Shown: piece by piece, positions 12,901 to 19,968 of the stretch
How the letters are laid out: each line of letters begins with the position of its first letter
Numbering within the stretch: position 1 is the first letter of the stretch
DNA from: Cyanobacteria bacterium P01_D01_bin.156
Lineage (GTDB): Bacteria; Cyanobacteriota; Cyanobacteriia; Phormidesmidales; Phormidesmidaceae
Assembly: GCA_039024555.1 (NCBI GenBank)
Contig: JBCCQQ010000057.1
Span: 1 to 41,036 of the forward strand
Length of the DNA: 41,036 nt
Direction of reading: 5' to 3'
Notes under the pieces: generated by a model
What the model was told of the DNA's origin: nothing
Databases searched by the model: none
The model's input: the letters and a program-made list of their open reading frames with translations, nothing else
Made by a program: the position numbers and the translations under genes

Positions 12901-15900
12901 TCAAGGCTGAGAAAAACGCTGTCAACACCGCTGTCATTCAGGAAGGTGAGACTTTCTAAATCGCCAATTTGTCCAGCCCGACTGGTGAGGGGATCAATAA
13001 AGGTGCGATCGCGATAGATGATGTCTTGGCTACCGTCCGCTTCCGGCATCAGAAAACGCCAGTAGCTGTCGTCTCCACCGTCCCGCTCGTAGACATAGAG
13101 TTCCGGCACTCCATCGACAATCACATCGCCAAACTTTAGGGCTAGGGGCTGATCCTCCGGGAGAACCACATCACGGAAGGGATTTGTCTCATCCGTCATC
13201 CGCACCAGGCCATCCATTAGGTTGAAGGCACTGTTACCCAAATAGGTTTGCAGCTGGTTGTTACCATCCAGCACCACCGCATCCAAATTGCCATCCTGGT
13301 TAATATCGGCAAAGTCAAACCCCACCAAATCCCCCTGTTGACCAGACCCTAGGGGAGAACCGGTTTGATCCACCAGGGGAATCGCCGCAACAGACTCAGC
13401 AAAAGCAACCCCATCGGCGGGCTGATTTAGCTGTACCTGTAACCCCCCATCCTGGCTCCACACCAGATCCAGATCATCGTCCCCATCAACATCCACCAGG
13501 CGCGCTTCAGAGCCACTGAATCCCTGACCCACAATATCTCGGTCCACCAGCGGTTGGTGAGCATCCTGGAGGGTAAACTCCACCTGATTACCCGTGGAGG
13601 TATTCTCATAGAATTGAGTTCCGGCCTTTTCTGTCACCACTAACAAATCGGCTGTGTCATCACCGGTGAGGTCCCCCGCCACCACCGTAGGCCGATCGCC
13701 TAGGTAGCGATTGCCAGCGAGGGGCAGTGCTTCGCTGTGGCCGCGTTCCACGGCCACCCCTTCTAACCGGCGATAGTCCAGCCCTTGGATCGCACCATCT
13801 TCAGCAAAATTAGCCCGGCGGCCAAAGCGTTCTAGGTCCGTGGGAGAGATCTCATCAATTAGGTGCTGGCTGCGCAACAGCTCTAACTCATAGGCATCCC
13901 CCACATTGCTAATAAAGTTTTGGACCTGATCCGTTTGGCTCTCAATTTGTACCGTAATCTGTTGAATATCTGCCCGCAGGGACTGGGTGCTGTTGAAATT
14001 AAAAGGAACATCCAGGGTGGCCTGCCAGTTGTTGGCATCAAAGGTAACCGTGACCAATGAGACTTCTGGATCTGGGTTGCCCGTATAGGTGTAGCGTCGA
14101 AAGGTGAGCTCTAGGGGAGCCGTCAGCGGTTCATCGATCAGCTCCGGATTCAGCGCCACTTTGACCTGATTATTGGCTTCATCCAAAGTGAACACCACCG
14201 GCGCTAGATTTAGAGATGCCTGGGCAAACCGGCGAATTTCTGACTGGCTGAGTTCTCGGTTCCACAGGCGCGTGCCATAGACCACCCCTCGAAAATTGTC
14301 GACCTGGCTGGTATCATCCGCACCAAACACAGAGGTAACCGCAACCGGAGCAATGGGCGTTGCCCCTAAACTGCCTGAGCCAATCAGTTGACCATCGGCG
14401 TAGAACTTGGTAGAGAGACCATCGGTAACAACATTGATCACATAGTCTTCATTCGCCAATAGGGGGGTATCGCTTTGTATGGTTACCGTTGCCCCTTGAG
14501 CGTTGGTAAACTGTGCCTCTAACCGACCATCGGTGCCAATAAAGACATCTCCATGGCCGTTCGCGTCCACCAGCTGAATCCGCTGTCCCTGGTCGCGGGT
14601 GCCATCCCAACGGAATGCCAGCTGCAGCGTAAAGGTTTCTCCCATGTCCACCGGCTGCTCAAATGTCAGCCGATCGTCTCCCCCATTCAGATACAGGGCG
14701 CGGGTGAGACCCGGTTCCACCACCTTGTAGCGACCCTTGAGGGAACCAGTTTGGCCACTGGGGTCAGCGGCAATGGTTACCTGGGCTGTTTCCCCTTCGG
14801 TAATGGTGAGCTGTCGAGTTTGGGCATTTGTTTCGAACCGGTAGTTGGGGTTGGCAGGATTCTCAGGCTGATATGCCTGCACCAACTCATCATTGGTGAT
14901 TTCCACCGGTGCAGTGGGTACAGCCACATTCAGATAGAGAAGGCTAGCTCGATCCCCACCGAACTCATAGGCTTTGTCGGTGGTCTCTGTCGGATCTACA
15001 GAAATAGCCGCAAGAATTTGTCCCAGCTGATTCGGATCGTTAAAGTTGTCGTTGACGCCGCGAATGCCTACCAATTGGGGCTGGTCCCAATTCTCAGCCG
15101 TGAATGTGAGCTGGTCCGTGGAGAGCAGCACTTCATCAGTGCCCACAATGCTTTGCGTTGCCGTCAGATCCACCACCACATCTTGATCGGTTTCTAGGGG
15201 GGCGGATGTGAGACGCACGTAGACATATTCATTCCAGCTGGATTGCCGCACCCGCACTGGGTAAGCTGTGCCGCTACTGGTGAGTAGATGCCCTTGTTCA
15301 AAGGTAGTTTGGAGATTTTCTGCGTCTGGATTGAGCCGGAGGTTGGCGGCGTCGGTTAGTTCTTGATTTTCAATTAAATCAAACGAAAATGACTGGGGCA
15401 CACCATCCACGGTGAGAATGCCGCTAAGGATTTTGTTATTGTAGTCACCCGTAACCGTGGTAACGGCAAAGCGTTGGGTATCGGTAAGACTAAGGCTGGT
15501 TTCCGACAGGGTGAGCCCTGCGGTATCAGTAATCTCAATCTCAGCCGTTTGATAATCTTGACCATCCCACAGCAGATCATCCAGATTAAACCGTAGGGTC
15601 ATGGCTCCATCGTCCAGTTCCCGCACAATGATCCGATCGGCCTGCTCTAGTCGATTGACTTCCTCGGCGCGGTCGAGCTCAGCATTGTAGGTAAAGCTGC
15701 TTTGTAGACTGAGGATTTCTACACCGGGACGATCGGTATCCACAATGGAGATGGTTCCTTCATCACCGGCCACCTGGTAGCGGCTATCATCAGCGTTATC
15801 CACCCCCGTTAGCTGCAGCTGAATACGCTGGGTTCCCTCTGCCCGCTGATCATCTAGGGCATTGACATACACAATGCCTTTGCGGGCACCTGCGGGAATG

Positions 15901-18900
15901 TAAATCGAACTGTTGAGACCCTCACCAAAAGTGACATCTTGGGTTTGGGTGAGTTCTCCGTCAATGGTTGTCGTGACTTGAAAGTCCACATTTTGCCAGC
16001 TATCCCCACTCTGGGCCGTAGGTCGCAGACTCCCCGCTTCCGTTAGTGTGAGATTTGTCAGGTCAAAATCAACCGTAATCCCCCCTCGGGGAGCGGGTTT
16101 ATCCAACAACAGTTCAAAGGCCGCCAGCTGGTCACTCCCCTCTAAAATCTGTTGCTGATCGCTGGGAACTGTGACTGAAATCTGAGGAAAGTCAAAATTG
16201 CGATTAACCAGACCAAAGGCCGTGGCTTCTTCAGCTACAATCTCCTGGAAAGCCGGATCTGCCAGGGGCACCCCTGCTTTCCATAGCAGCGCATCGGTTT
16301 GATTAAAAGCAATGGTCGCCGCCCCCACCGAGACTACCGGTGCTTGGTTGTTGAGGGTGGTGCCTGAACCTTCATCAATGTTGTACTGCGCCTGGAGAGT
16401 TCCCACATACACATCCCCATCCTGGATCAGCTGATCCCAAAAACGAAGATTGCTCACCAGACCCTGGAGACCGTTGTTCTCTGCACCAACGGACTGCAGC
16501 ACTAGACTAGTATTGTTACCAATGGTCTGGCTACCCGCCCGGTTACCATCTACAAAAATCTCCAGCTGGTCATTGACCGACAGCAGCGTTACGCGATGCC
16601 AACTGTCGGTTGTCAGCGTATTACGACTGTTGTCAACAAAGTTAAAGGCGCTAGTGCCCTGGAGTTTTCCACTGGCTAGGCTGAGCGTACCCTGGTTGCT
16701 TTGCAAAAGAGTGCCATCGGCATCCGGCTTGACCCAAAATTCAATGGCGTAGTCACCGTTAAGGGTAACGTTGGGGAGCTGAATATAGTTGCCATCCCCC
16801 AGATGTAGGGCCACGGGTTCAGGCACCTGCAGCGTCGACTGTTCGGTAACGAGGGTAAAGGTCGGATCCGTCAGGGCATTGTAAAACGGATCCGCTGAAC
16901 TAACATCCACCGTGACCGTGCTGCCTGCAGTGCCGTTGAGGGTAACTTCGTAGGTTTTATTCCAGGTGTTGCGATCGCTCGTAAATAAATACTGCTGACC
17001 GGCAATGGTTACCGTAACCGTTTCCGTCGGGCGGCTGGTCAACCCGACAAAGACCTTGGTACTGCCCTCCTGCAACAGCATCTCATCGGTCACCTGGAAG
17101 CCATACTCATCCACTAGACGAATACCGGCCTCAAATAGCCCAGAATCCGTAATCTGAACCGTAGCCCGGTCTCCATTTTGGGTGACCGGCATCAGCACAT
17201 AGCCCTTGTTGATACCGTCCTGAATATCGTTTTCAGCATTGTTGGCCGCCTGGTAGTCTTGACCGTTAGCCGCCTCAATGCCAGCGTACAAAAAGCCTTC
17301 CTGATAGGCATAGGCACTGGTGCCCGCACCACCATCCGGCTTATCCACCCGATCCATGGAGACAATCCGCACCTCTACGGACTCCAGCCCCTCTTGAATC
17401 TCATCAACAATGGGAAGAATATTGATAATGGCACTGCTCTCACCGGGCTGTACCACCACAAAATTTTCGGTCACATAGTCTAGGCCATCGCCATCTGCTT
17501 CAGTGGAGCGCCCAGTCTCCAGGTTAATGCGCTTAAACCGCAGCTTATCACTTAAAAATTCAGTCTCCTCTGGACCAAAATTACCTGTGACATGAATTTC
17601 ATACTTAATGGCCAGACCGTTCCCTCGCGAGTATTCATCTCGTTTGGTCCCAGGTTCATCTTCACTGCCTTCAATGACGTAATCTTTTGTGGGATCTAGC
17701 CAATCCTTTAGCTGGACCTTGACCTGGCCAATTTTATTATTGTCTTTGAGGTCATCCTTTGAGCCATACAGCTGTTCCGTGGCATGCTGCAGAACTTCTA
17801 AATCGTACCGAATTGGGAGAATAATGCCATTGCGATTATGGAGCTCTCGCTCGGTGGGGTTCCCCGGATAAACCGTGTAGTTATTCCAAAATTCAATCTT
17901 TTCAACATTGGTGGCAACAACCTGGTTGCTGGCATTATTGCGGTCCGTAACCGTAAACCGCATGGAACCATTGGCCAGGGTTTCAGTGGCAATGTCAAAA
18001 TCTGAATATTCACCGACAATGCGTAAGGTATCCAGCCCTTCACCACCATCTACGGTGGCCTGTCCGGTAGCCGAGCGCCAGCCGCTGTTGTCAGCCACCT
18101 TAATTTCTTCTAAATTGCGGGTATTAGGATTTAGGGTAGGCGCATCATTGTTATTGGGATCAGGGTGGGGGCCAACATCGCCGTTGGCAACATTGCCATA
18201 AACGAGAATATCGTCACCGCTTCCGCCATCTAGAAAGTCGTTACCATCGCCACTTTCTAAATAGTCATTGCCGGTCCCGCCATAGAGCTGGTCGTCGCCT
18301 CCTTCGCCCCGCAGCGTATCATTGCCTGCTTCACCGTAGAAGATATCGTTGCCACCCGCACTGCTGCCACCGCTGGTGTCATCAGTAACAATGTCATTGC
18401 CAGAGCCTGCATAAACCGTATCGTTGCCCCCTCGGGCACGGATCTCGTCATTACCTGTACCGGTGCGAATGGTGTCTTGGCCACTGCCACCGATTACCTT
18501 ATTGTCGCCGTTGTAGGCGTCAATTTCGTTAGTACCCCCATCAACGGTAATAACGTCTCGCCCTTGGCTACCGTGGATCGTGTCATTACCAGAGCCGCTG
18601 GTGATTGTGTGGGAACTAGTACTAGAATCAGCAGAGGCGCTGATGCCAGCATAGATGGTATTGTTGCCTTCACCGCCGTGGAGAGTATCACCATCACTAC
18701 CGCCTTTTAGCAGGTCACTACCGCTATTACCTTCCAGTAAATCGCTACCATCACCGCCTTCAAGAGTGTCATCATTATCTCCCCCTTTGAGAGTATCGTT
18801 ACCATCGTCCCCCTTGAGAGTATCGTTACCACTGCCACCCTCCAGAGTATCGTTACTATCACCTCCTTCTAAAAGATCATTACCGGATTCACCATAAAGA

Positions 18901-19853
18901 GTGTCACTACCGGATTCACCATAAAGAGTGTCATTACCGCTACCGCCATAGACAATATCATTGCCACCGTTGGCATACACTGTGTCATTACCGCCAAAGA
19001 CATGAATGCCATGGTAGGAACCATAGCTGCCGCCGTTCCAGTAGGGATCGGTTCTAGCCCCTTCACTGGAACCATACCAGGTATCATTGTCGTTTCCTAC
19101 ATTCCAGTAGACATGGATGGTACCACCACCAATATCATCTCCTTGTCCCCCAAAGTTACCGGGACCGATAAAGGTATGGCCGTCAAATCGAATAACAAAA
19201 GACGAGGAGACATTTTGAAATTCATCTAGATCATCACCGCCAAAACGGTCGTCATAGGAGCCTGGTCGACTAATATCCCAATCATCTTCATCGTCTTGAA
19301 AAGGCCCCCTATCATTATCGATAACTCGAATGGTGCCAGGGTTTGCCTCGTTAATTGTTGCCAGTGAAAATGCTTTATCTGCAGCACTAGTCAGAATTTC
19401 TGTAGAGGTGCTGATATTGCCAGCGGTCACCTCTAATTGCCAATCGGCAGCAGCGGTGGTACCAGTCAAGTTGCTTGATGCAGCAACATCTGCTCCGGTC
19501 AGGTTAGACAGCTCTTCAACAAAGGCCAGCCCATTTTCACCAGCAGCCACATCACAGCCATAAATTAAAAAATCAGCCCCGGGTGCTAGGGCTGACTGCC
19601 AGCTTTCTATTAGCTCTGAATTCTCTTCCAATGTTTCTGGTGTTAGCACCGTTGAGCCCAGCATCAAGGCTGCTTCTGAGCCATGGGAGAAGAGATGAAC
19701 CGCATCTAGGTTTTGATGCTGTTGCAAAACCTCCGTCATGTACTTTACGCCATCTTCCCCAAAAGGAATCGTATAAACCTGGCCATCAAAATTCTGTAGA
19801 GCTAGGTCATTTTGAGCAAGGGATGCATCAATGAAAGCAATGGACTGACTCAT
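3..19853 (-). CDS. Giant multidomain surface/secreted protein (DUF4347 + RTX + Calx-beta + LamG-like + FG-GAP-like + P-domain + Trp-rich repeats), >=6617 aa, 3' end outside window
   Basis: ATG at 19853 gives MSQSIAFIDASLAQNDL...VHLFSHGSEAALMLG...FLIYGCDVAAGENG...LTGADVAASSNLTG...DWQLE (DUF4347 signature). The same frame gives sensible protein at spot checks: ~10400 VFFDLNGNG, ~6250 VFFDANFN, ~3-60 GDALDLDSKQVFELETDF. The ORF track reports no ORF from this start, which is consistent with no in-frame stop inside the window. Confidence 0.92.
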   Translation of the reverse strand, partial: MSQSIAFIDASLAQNDLALQNFDGQVYTIPFGEDGVKYMTEVLQQHQNLDAVHLFSHGSEAALMLGSTVLTPETLEENSELIESWQSALAPGADFLIYGCDVAAGENGLAFVEELSNLTGADVAASSNLTGTTAAADWQLEVTAGNISTSTEILTSAADKAFSLATINEANPGTIRVIDNDRGPFQDDEDDWDISRPGSYDDRFGGDDLDEFQNVSSSFVIRFDGHTFIGPGNFGGQGDDIGGGTIHVYWNVGNDNDTWYGSSEGARTDPYWNGGSYGSYHGIHVFGGNDTVYANGGNDIVYGGSGNDTLYGESGSDTLYGESGNDLLEGGDSNDTLEGGSGNDTLKGDDGNDTLKGGDNDDTLEGGDGSDLLEGNSGSDLLKGGSDGDTLHGGEGNNTIYAGISASADSSTSSHTITSGSGNDTIHGSQGRDVITVDGGTNEIDAYNGDNKVIGGSGQDTIRTGTGNDEIRARGGNDTVYAGSGNDIVTDDTSGGSSAGGNDIFYGEAGNDTLRGEGGDDQLYGGTGNDYLESGDGNDFLDGGSGDDILVYGNVANGDVGPHPDPNNNDAPTLNPNTRNLEEIKVADNSGWRSATGQATVDGGEGLDTLRIVGEYSDFDIATETLANGSMRFTVTDRNNASNQVVATNVEKIEFWNNYTVYPGNPTERELHNRNGIILPIRYDLEVLQHATEQLYGSKDDLKDNNKIGQVKVQLKDWLDPTKDYVIEGSEDEPGTKRDEYSRGNGLAIKYEIHVTGNFGPEETEFLSDKLRFKRINLETGRSTEADGDGLDYVTENFVVVQPGESSAIINILPIVDEIQEGLESVEVRIVSMDRVDKPDGGAGTSAYAYQEGFLYAGIEAANGQDYQAANNAENDIQDGINKGYVLMPVTQNGDRATVQITDSGLFEAGIRLVDEYGFQVTDEMLLQEGSTKVFVGLTSRPTETVTVTIAGQQYLFTSDRNTWNKTYEVTLNGTAGSTVTVDVSSADPFYNALTDPTFTLVTEQSTLQVPEPVALHLGDGNYIQLPNVTLNGDYAIEFWVKPDADGTLLQSNQGTLSLASGKLQGTSAFNFVDNSRNTLTTDSWHRVTLLSVNDQLEIFVDGNRAGSQTIGNNTSLVLQSVGAENNGLQGLVSNLRFWDQLIQDGDVYVGTLQAQYNIDEGSGTTLNNQAPVVSVGAATIAFNQTDALLWKAGVPLADPAFQEIVAEEATAFGLVNRNFDFPQISVTVPSDQQQILEGSDQLAAFELLLDKPAPRGGITVDFDLTNLTLTEAGSLRPTAQSGDSWQNVDFQVTTTIDGELTQTQDVTFGEGLNSSIYIPAGARKGIVYVNALDDQRAEGTQRIQLQLTGVDNADDSRYQVAGDEGTISIVDTDRPGVEILSLQSSFTYNAELDRAEEVNRLEQADRIIVRELDDGAMTLRFNLDDLLWDGQDYQTAEIEITDTAGLTLSETSLSLTDTQRFAVTTVTGDYNNKILSGILTVDGVPQSFSFDLIENQELTDAANLRLNPDAENLQTTFEQGHLLTSSGTAYPVRVRQSSWNEYVYVRLTSAPLETDQDVVVDLTATQSIVGTDEVLLSTDQLTFTAENWDQPQLVGIRGVNDNFNDPNQLGQILAAISVDPTETTDKAYEFGGDRASLLYLNVAVPTAPVEITNDELVQAYQPENPANPNYRFETNAQTRQLTITEGETAQVTIAADPSGQTGSLKGRYKVVEPGLTRALYLNGGDDRLTFEQPVDMGETFTLQLAFRWDGTRDQGQRIQLVDANGHGDVFIGTDGRLEAQFTNAQGATVTIQSDTPLLANEDYVINVVTDGLSTKFYADGQLIGSGSLGATPIAPVAVTSVFGADDTSQVDNFRGVVYGTRLWNRELSQSEIRRFAQASLNLAPVVFTLDEANNQVKVALNPELIDEPLTAPLELTFRRYTYTGNPDPEVSLVTVTFDANNWQATLDVPFNFNSTQSLRADIQQITVQIESQTDQVQNFISNVGDAYELELLRSQHLIDEISPTDLERFGRRANFAEDGAIQGLDYRRLEGVAVERGHSEALPLAGNRYLGDRPTVVAGDLTGDDTADLLVVTEKAGTQFYENTSTGNQVEFTLQDAHQPLVDRDIVGQGFSGSEARLVDVDGDDDLDLVWSQDGGLQVQLNQPADGVAFAESVAAIPLVDQTGSPLGSGQQGDLVGFDFADINQDGNLDAVVLDGNNQLQTYLGNSAFNLMDGLVRMTDETNPFRDVVLPEDQPLALKFGDVIVDGVPELYVYERDGGDDSYWRFLMPEADGSQDIIYRDRTFIDPLTSRAGQIGDLESLTFLNDSGVDSVFLSLENGHYTFGYVTERSNEIELDYSDPQAGAQAVLDIVSLQDNQVELDERVRLQLLSTDDLTTEAGMDRTLDVLIQDDDRPGVTLAYVADNGQTASIVASHQTPPDDAPRSLIEGEQSSGFYVLSLDSQPQENVRLILRNSDSERLQFERIHPLTLSINGDGSLTIDSRLADTSDDYSLRFTSPLIQSVNRDGQGAYQVQLQGDSALALQSAIANKSLSEIQQSATVQSLLQQVGIRVDSNNPTYRLGLGLNAHQLLQERVSVTPQEQLKLNLLPDGWNQQILLRPVAADNLVDNQQSAHPRLAIAIDSSDFVYSSLPTLVAEVPITDTDRADIIINQLDDIREGVDGGQFQVSLNSKPEGTVLITLEPGDINGDNTTALALDTKYYGDTIDLEFTQYNWNAPQTVKVRAQDDNLVTGDLQSYVHATVRSDDPNYAGMAVEPVTVTIRDNDLPSVSAYTVLDASEPGQIGFFGIRLNTDQVRNPEGLKIHYRVRGWASAPASADDYQEYVNLTPEGENYITIAPDQDLGNVVIFPIDDYIAEGFDVTFKPNDVETGSDRISIENHRLIEGSKVVFVTESDDGDIPEGLSDESFYYVRVINDNTVELYSDPNRTQKVNLTSGGVGETRLLDATGKATVEEAKENTKRFEAVELELLSDPNGTNPGYQLAPIDTQASVRIYDNEEVGFRFILPGQQVLDSSSPADKGYLTIAEHPDIDNTEEFSSAVFLVRPLSDPGQVQTGTNVGDDNWISLRFDPRWDQNSAQELQVHLAEEPSFEEDGTQTVNISVYDQYGRKIQFYQRDPEVDNGAGDELTDQLEIEVTKETWAEPIRLKSEVFFDLNGNGEWDAGEHKGVTLSDSRYDFGDDLSQLNVGLDEANFNVSLADFDVNDDGYLTLFETTLRSDQPAGWGIVSSLGNATAIAVQVGDDIGKVAIEGNTDVAVDRWNRFAVFSSFASDTADTDIKLVAEDGVPASTLLPSDYSGDPYASDDLWKQNSVYFDSNNWTRFQRVNLTALDDKEYDIDRILPLEMKVYENEGNDGFYSKRFTNAQSPLVLTVKDRRLDNETVTGSLANGFSKLEEIINNYEIPLVGSLSGKLPPFLTDFIRAFSRNLEEQRYITGPSLATALSDALNEQLDGTGVEVSIEYDADEQTIAMSLAFGQDYDLFEISLDSDLGLPALGLETEGSLASIFHFDLRVGIALNLNERTFTLDISEDEDGNTNTGADANVYLDLNNFKATGNIAFLKAELEQIPLDDFINGHKPQVTIWLDEEANTGEDEQTVTVRAYDIGGDEIDLDLTSGNTFVTYEKTEENWKHPIILEGLDYDSIDELSVDFNGSTRRFRVDWTGENDLQGLKVDARLFSQDPHAFFQEYDGEKDILGNLEKDAESESLLSKGDTHSEAALGVNFSLVGKKTVEVEIERKYAFAIETETEAQTIPTLYTGDKDDGSQALEDFLDDQGPQDGMVSITLEDIDNNSEDINLFTVELFKLVDPNRESFSASAEEDDDFFEGLKLEPINFTLGAVTVDPEDPQPEDPRLPLHRQLNVGGNNNSALMRDVSGYVINFTTGLESGNIETGSDVVFRVTKAQVSDGLPNGTFYYIQPFNEDKAIHQVVDYLVVNGPEPEAEGAAALEVSITNPDAAENDDKNELADLFVIQGDNITLSGAETQGSLSRLEIKNAEKFVVETVAAGTSEPSSEAAQDTYALTETGIPVREAEVGISELGSKAKELFDYTLNGSVGAAFNLVTSVAGNTSFPSLSLDLGVAAQAEKTKAEAADLSLTVGLKDLGLDLGSFITKFAAPVIEAVDSVFEPIKPFVEMLNQDTEFLEYLGLESQFDKDANGEVSTLELALVLSDLSRQRGEAKYAEFFETVVKVIDFIETIEKLSAQLEKGDNLVVPLLDEYHLSLTPGGDEEAGEAGNGETTTEKDTDLPKPATETSAIQHQETKPDLPGTDGIGEQAAESGNENASSFNTLIDKIQGIEGLKFPILDDPVSLVNLLFGKDVNLVLYEVPDLKLELNPRVEFTPFPAYPVKGVLEGRFEVGANLGFGYDTYGFRQWAEADFDLAESYQVFDGFFLTDWTIDSYLSSTDSGIDDKPELYATAEVEAGVEVGEGLTGYFGVGVGANVNFDLEDKGEYQDNIGTSDGKVRGSEIIAGISDPLSLFELYGRIYAFLKALVELDLGLFNVTLYEQKWEFDLFKFQIGGAKQSGAAVQSEIVGATVFFDANFNMKFDEGEPWGVTLGDGSYSFGIDPSEFDIDGDGQLTLMDGQIVVIGGRDKESGLPIINPMVAAPNSDIVSPLTTLATQIAVSNGGDLTAAADTVKTFFNLPDELDLDTFHPINAIRNGTAEEAALGLQVYQSHIVVDSLIYNISRVAGGYSETGMTADLVIEVVDFVAQQLSETAIDDSEDFEERLSNFTEDVVADFYEEEILPELSGNELTEAQAEQSTVITVLSDTYERVAATTVGTGGSVEEVQQAFENLTPLKTALKTDVPAALDQFQQGTLSAEEVTQQSQQTLSQVANKSPVVDSSRLFTSFNPYEGATVGSIFGPTFSDDAGDSFYGVAIVGHIPQINLGYWAYYDSEKALWFTLDQPITADNALVLEADTRLRFIPETSADGAPTPDLTVRLIDQNGQGADSTLKTGDRIDFEEIQTAGGISPYSDTLLNFTTTITLPESSMSNPPSLTQTIADIENLAFAWEDAIPEPQGATVASLFSQYFESGSIYNFYGIAIGDYKFSPSEGVWQYSTNDGDSWTDLSEINPDANDEQLMLRTSTLLRFLPTEDYEGPATALAVNLIDSRVGDGFTSGDTNNIAIDFPNSYTEPLHFQTQVYGVNDAPVSDLEVTFVQSEAIRISDRKSATTADPSPVSGKGDVFPSVITVDGLLGEIEDISLTLEGLNVTADNNLDIWLEGPQGQKIVLLSDAGNGVALNDFTITFNDGGVPALAGNSANLVNNTIYQPTNNTAGGADLDPSGFDTAATSFTQFMGEAGETLNGDWKLYIEDDTDSGVDAEKFGKLLDGWSLTFNRVEGSFSPIQEDSSTPQELTVADLFGSHFTDVDSDSLKGVAIINNAATAAEGQWQYWNGQSWSDVATVLTETEALLLSAATKIRFVPTPDFNGKPGAITGRLIDSSHPNFAVGQVQDARFTTSGGPFSQDTIGKTLTITPLNDAPAVVSDSAPIFPNFIEDTPFTTDNAPTVETVFGSSFRDSIDGGNLNQNTFIGIAIVQDFATINDNRQSDLAIAYEKGHWEVYDIRYGQWVALPSDLSENNAYLVPKTTQIRFNPSDHYNGELPPLTAYLVDNGAGQAVGLGQRIDLSATGVGGTTRYTSTTVTLNGEVEAVNDVQPGINNSSAIQLSEAGQNEDLTSPLPTKSVADLFGPRFADSLLGDADGSDGDQFGYNQEIHGIFNDAIFWGVVVKDVPASTVGTWEYSADGVTWQGVSGWSSGSGLYLPKSYQLRFRQTQEHYNDTRTGVDLGAAHPLVAYLVDGSVVDTSIGNQLENNDSAISAIATATPTPNRSGEVSPISASSLTLEQAIHAVNDAPTLPSMGNLLVDSLVVNSVVEDETNPIYVSGITIADVDANEVDPDGDLTVTLSVDHGRLIVNTAVLDGLNATQVSNNDSNTVTLSGKLAELNTTLAAATAVQYQDDTHFNGEVTLTATVNDNGNAGQGGEKTAESTRSIVIDPVNDSPTIVFDSLSSTLSADEDKTLYIDDIVINDVDAPYHPEGELEITLSVSQGTLTINPNIDDGLTNQDIAYNEDFTEATLTGTVAKIQATLQASKGLGYLGDDHFSGNDTLNITVKDNGNTGVGNPLESSTARAIVIDPVNDAPTVINDSYLPKILRNTLDATGETVSTLFGNQFDDSIDSGSMAGIAIVANAANPITEGNWQYSLDAGTSWQNVPIRSLSQTNAFTLTVSALLRFKPVADYIGKPGHLDVHLIDDSAIVANGELGINLAKTGDPTAYSEDAIALGIYVALSNTDQVDLTINEQQQLLVTVGDNEQLVQSQGTPIVVDQFPGWEIMAVDTIEGVNQILWKHKATNQVAVWRLEDNWEFESGEALDIESVQAFELETKFGVDLNDDSELGEGSPREIETEGTVDLLVDVFNTVLVEAGDDPQPIMNQGNPVVADQYRGWQAIAADTIEGVNQLLWKNETSQQVAIWRLNDNWEFESGDALDLDSKQVFELETDFGVDLNDDSQLGVGSPREIETEGTVDLLVDVFNTLLVDEGGDPQPIMNQGNPVVADQYPGWQAIAADTIEGANQLLWKNETSQQVALWRLNDNWEFESGDALDLDSKQVFELETDF
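3850..4380 (-). other. Proprotein-convertase P-domain-like module in the giant ORF
   Basis: Translation: FPSVITVDGLLGEIEDISLTLEGL...LDIWLEGPQGQKIVLLSDAG...TITFNDG...LNGDWKLYIEDD...LDGWSLTF. Confidence 0.7.
13050..13700 (-). repeat. FG-GAP/VCBS-like Ca-binding repeats in the giant ORF
   Basis: Motifs GDLTGDDTADLLV, VDVDGDDDLDLVW and ADINQDGNLDAVV. Confidence 0.7.
14255..14710 (-). other. LamG/concanavalin-A-like domain in the giant ORF
   Basis: Translation: ALYLNGGDDRL...FTLQLAFRWDG...KFYADGQLIG...NFRGVVYGTRLWNRELSQSEI. Confidence 0.7.
16420..16820 (-). other. Second LamG/concanavalin-A-like domain in the giant ORF
   Basis: Translation: ALHLGDGNYIQLPNVTLNGDYAIEFWVKP...WHRVTLL...EIFVDG...QGLVSNLRFWD. 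Confidence 0.7.
18200..18995 (-). repeat. RTX/hemolysin-type Ca-binding nonapeptide repeats (GGxGxDxLx)
   Basis: 27-bp periodic DNA (e.g. CCGGATTCACCATAAAGAGTGTCA twice near 18884-18934) encoding GGSGNDTLY GESGSDTLY GESGNDLLE GGDSNDTLE GGSGNDTLK... Confidence 0.92.
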
Positions 19854-19968
19854 AGGGAAGGGAGACGTTAAATGGAATGCAGAATAAAAATGTGTGGCCC
19901 CACACAGCTCTGTGAGCGCATTTTTAATGCGCCCCTGGTGATAAGGTGTGGAAGATTAAAGTAACGGT

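Noticed and set aside
376..19834. About 50 short ORFs on both strands listed in the track
   Set aside because: They are antisense or off-frame shadows of the giant minus-strand ORF and have no recognisable motifs.
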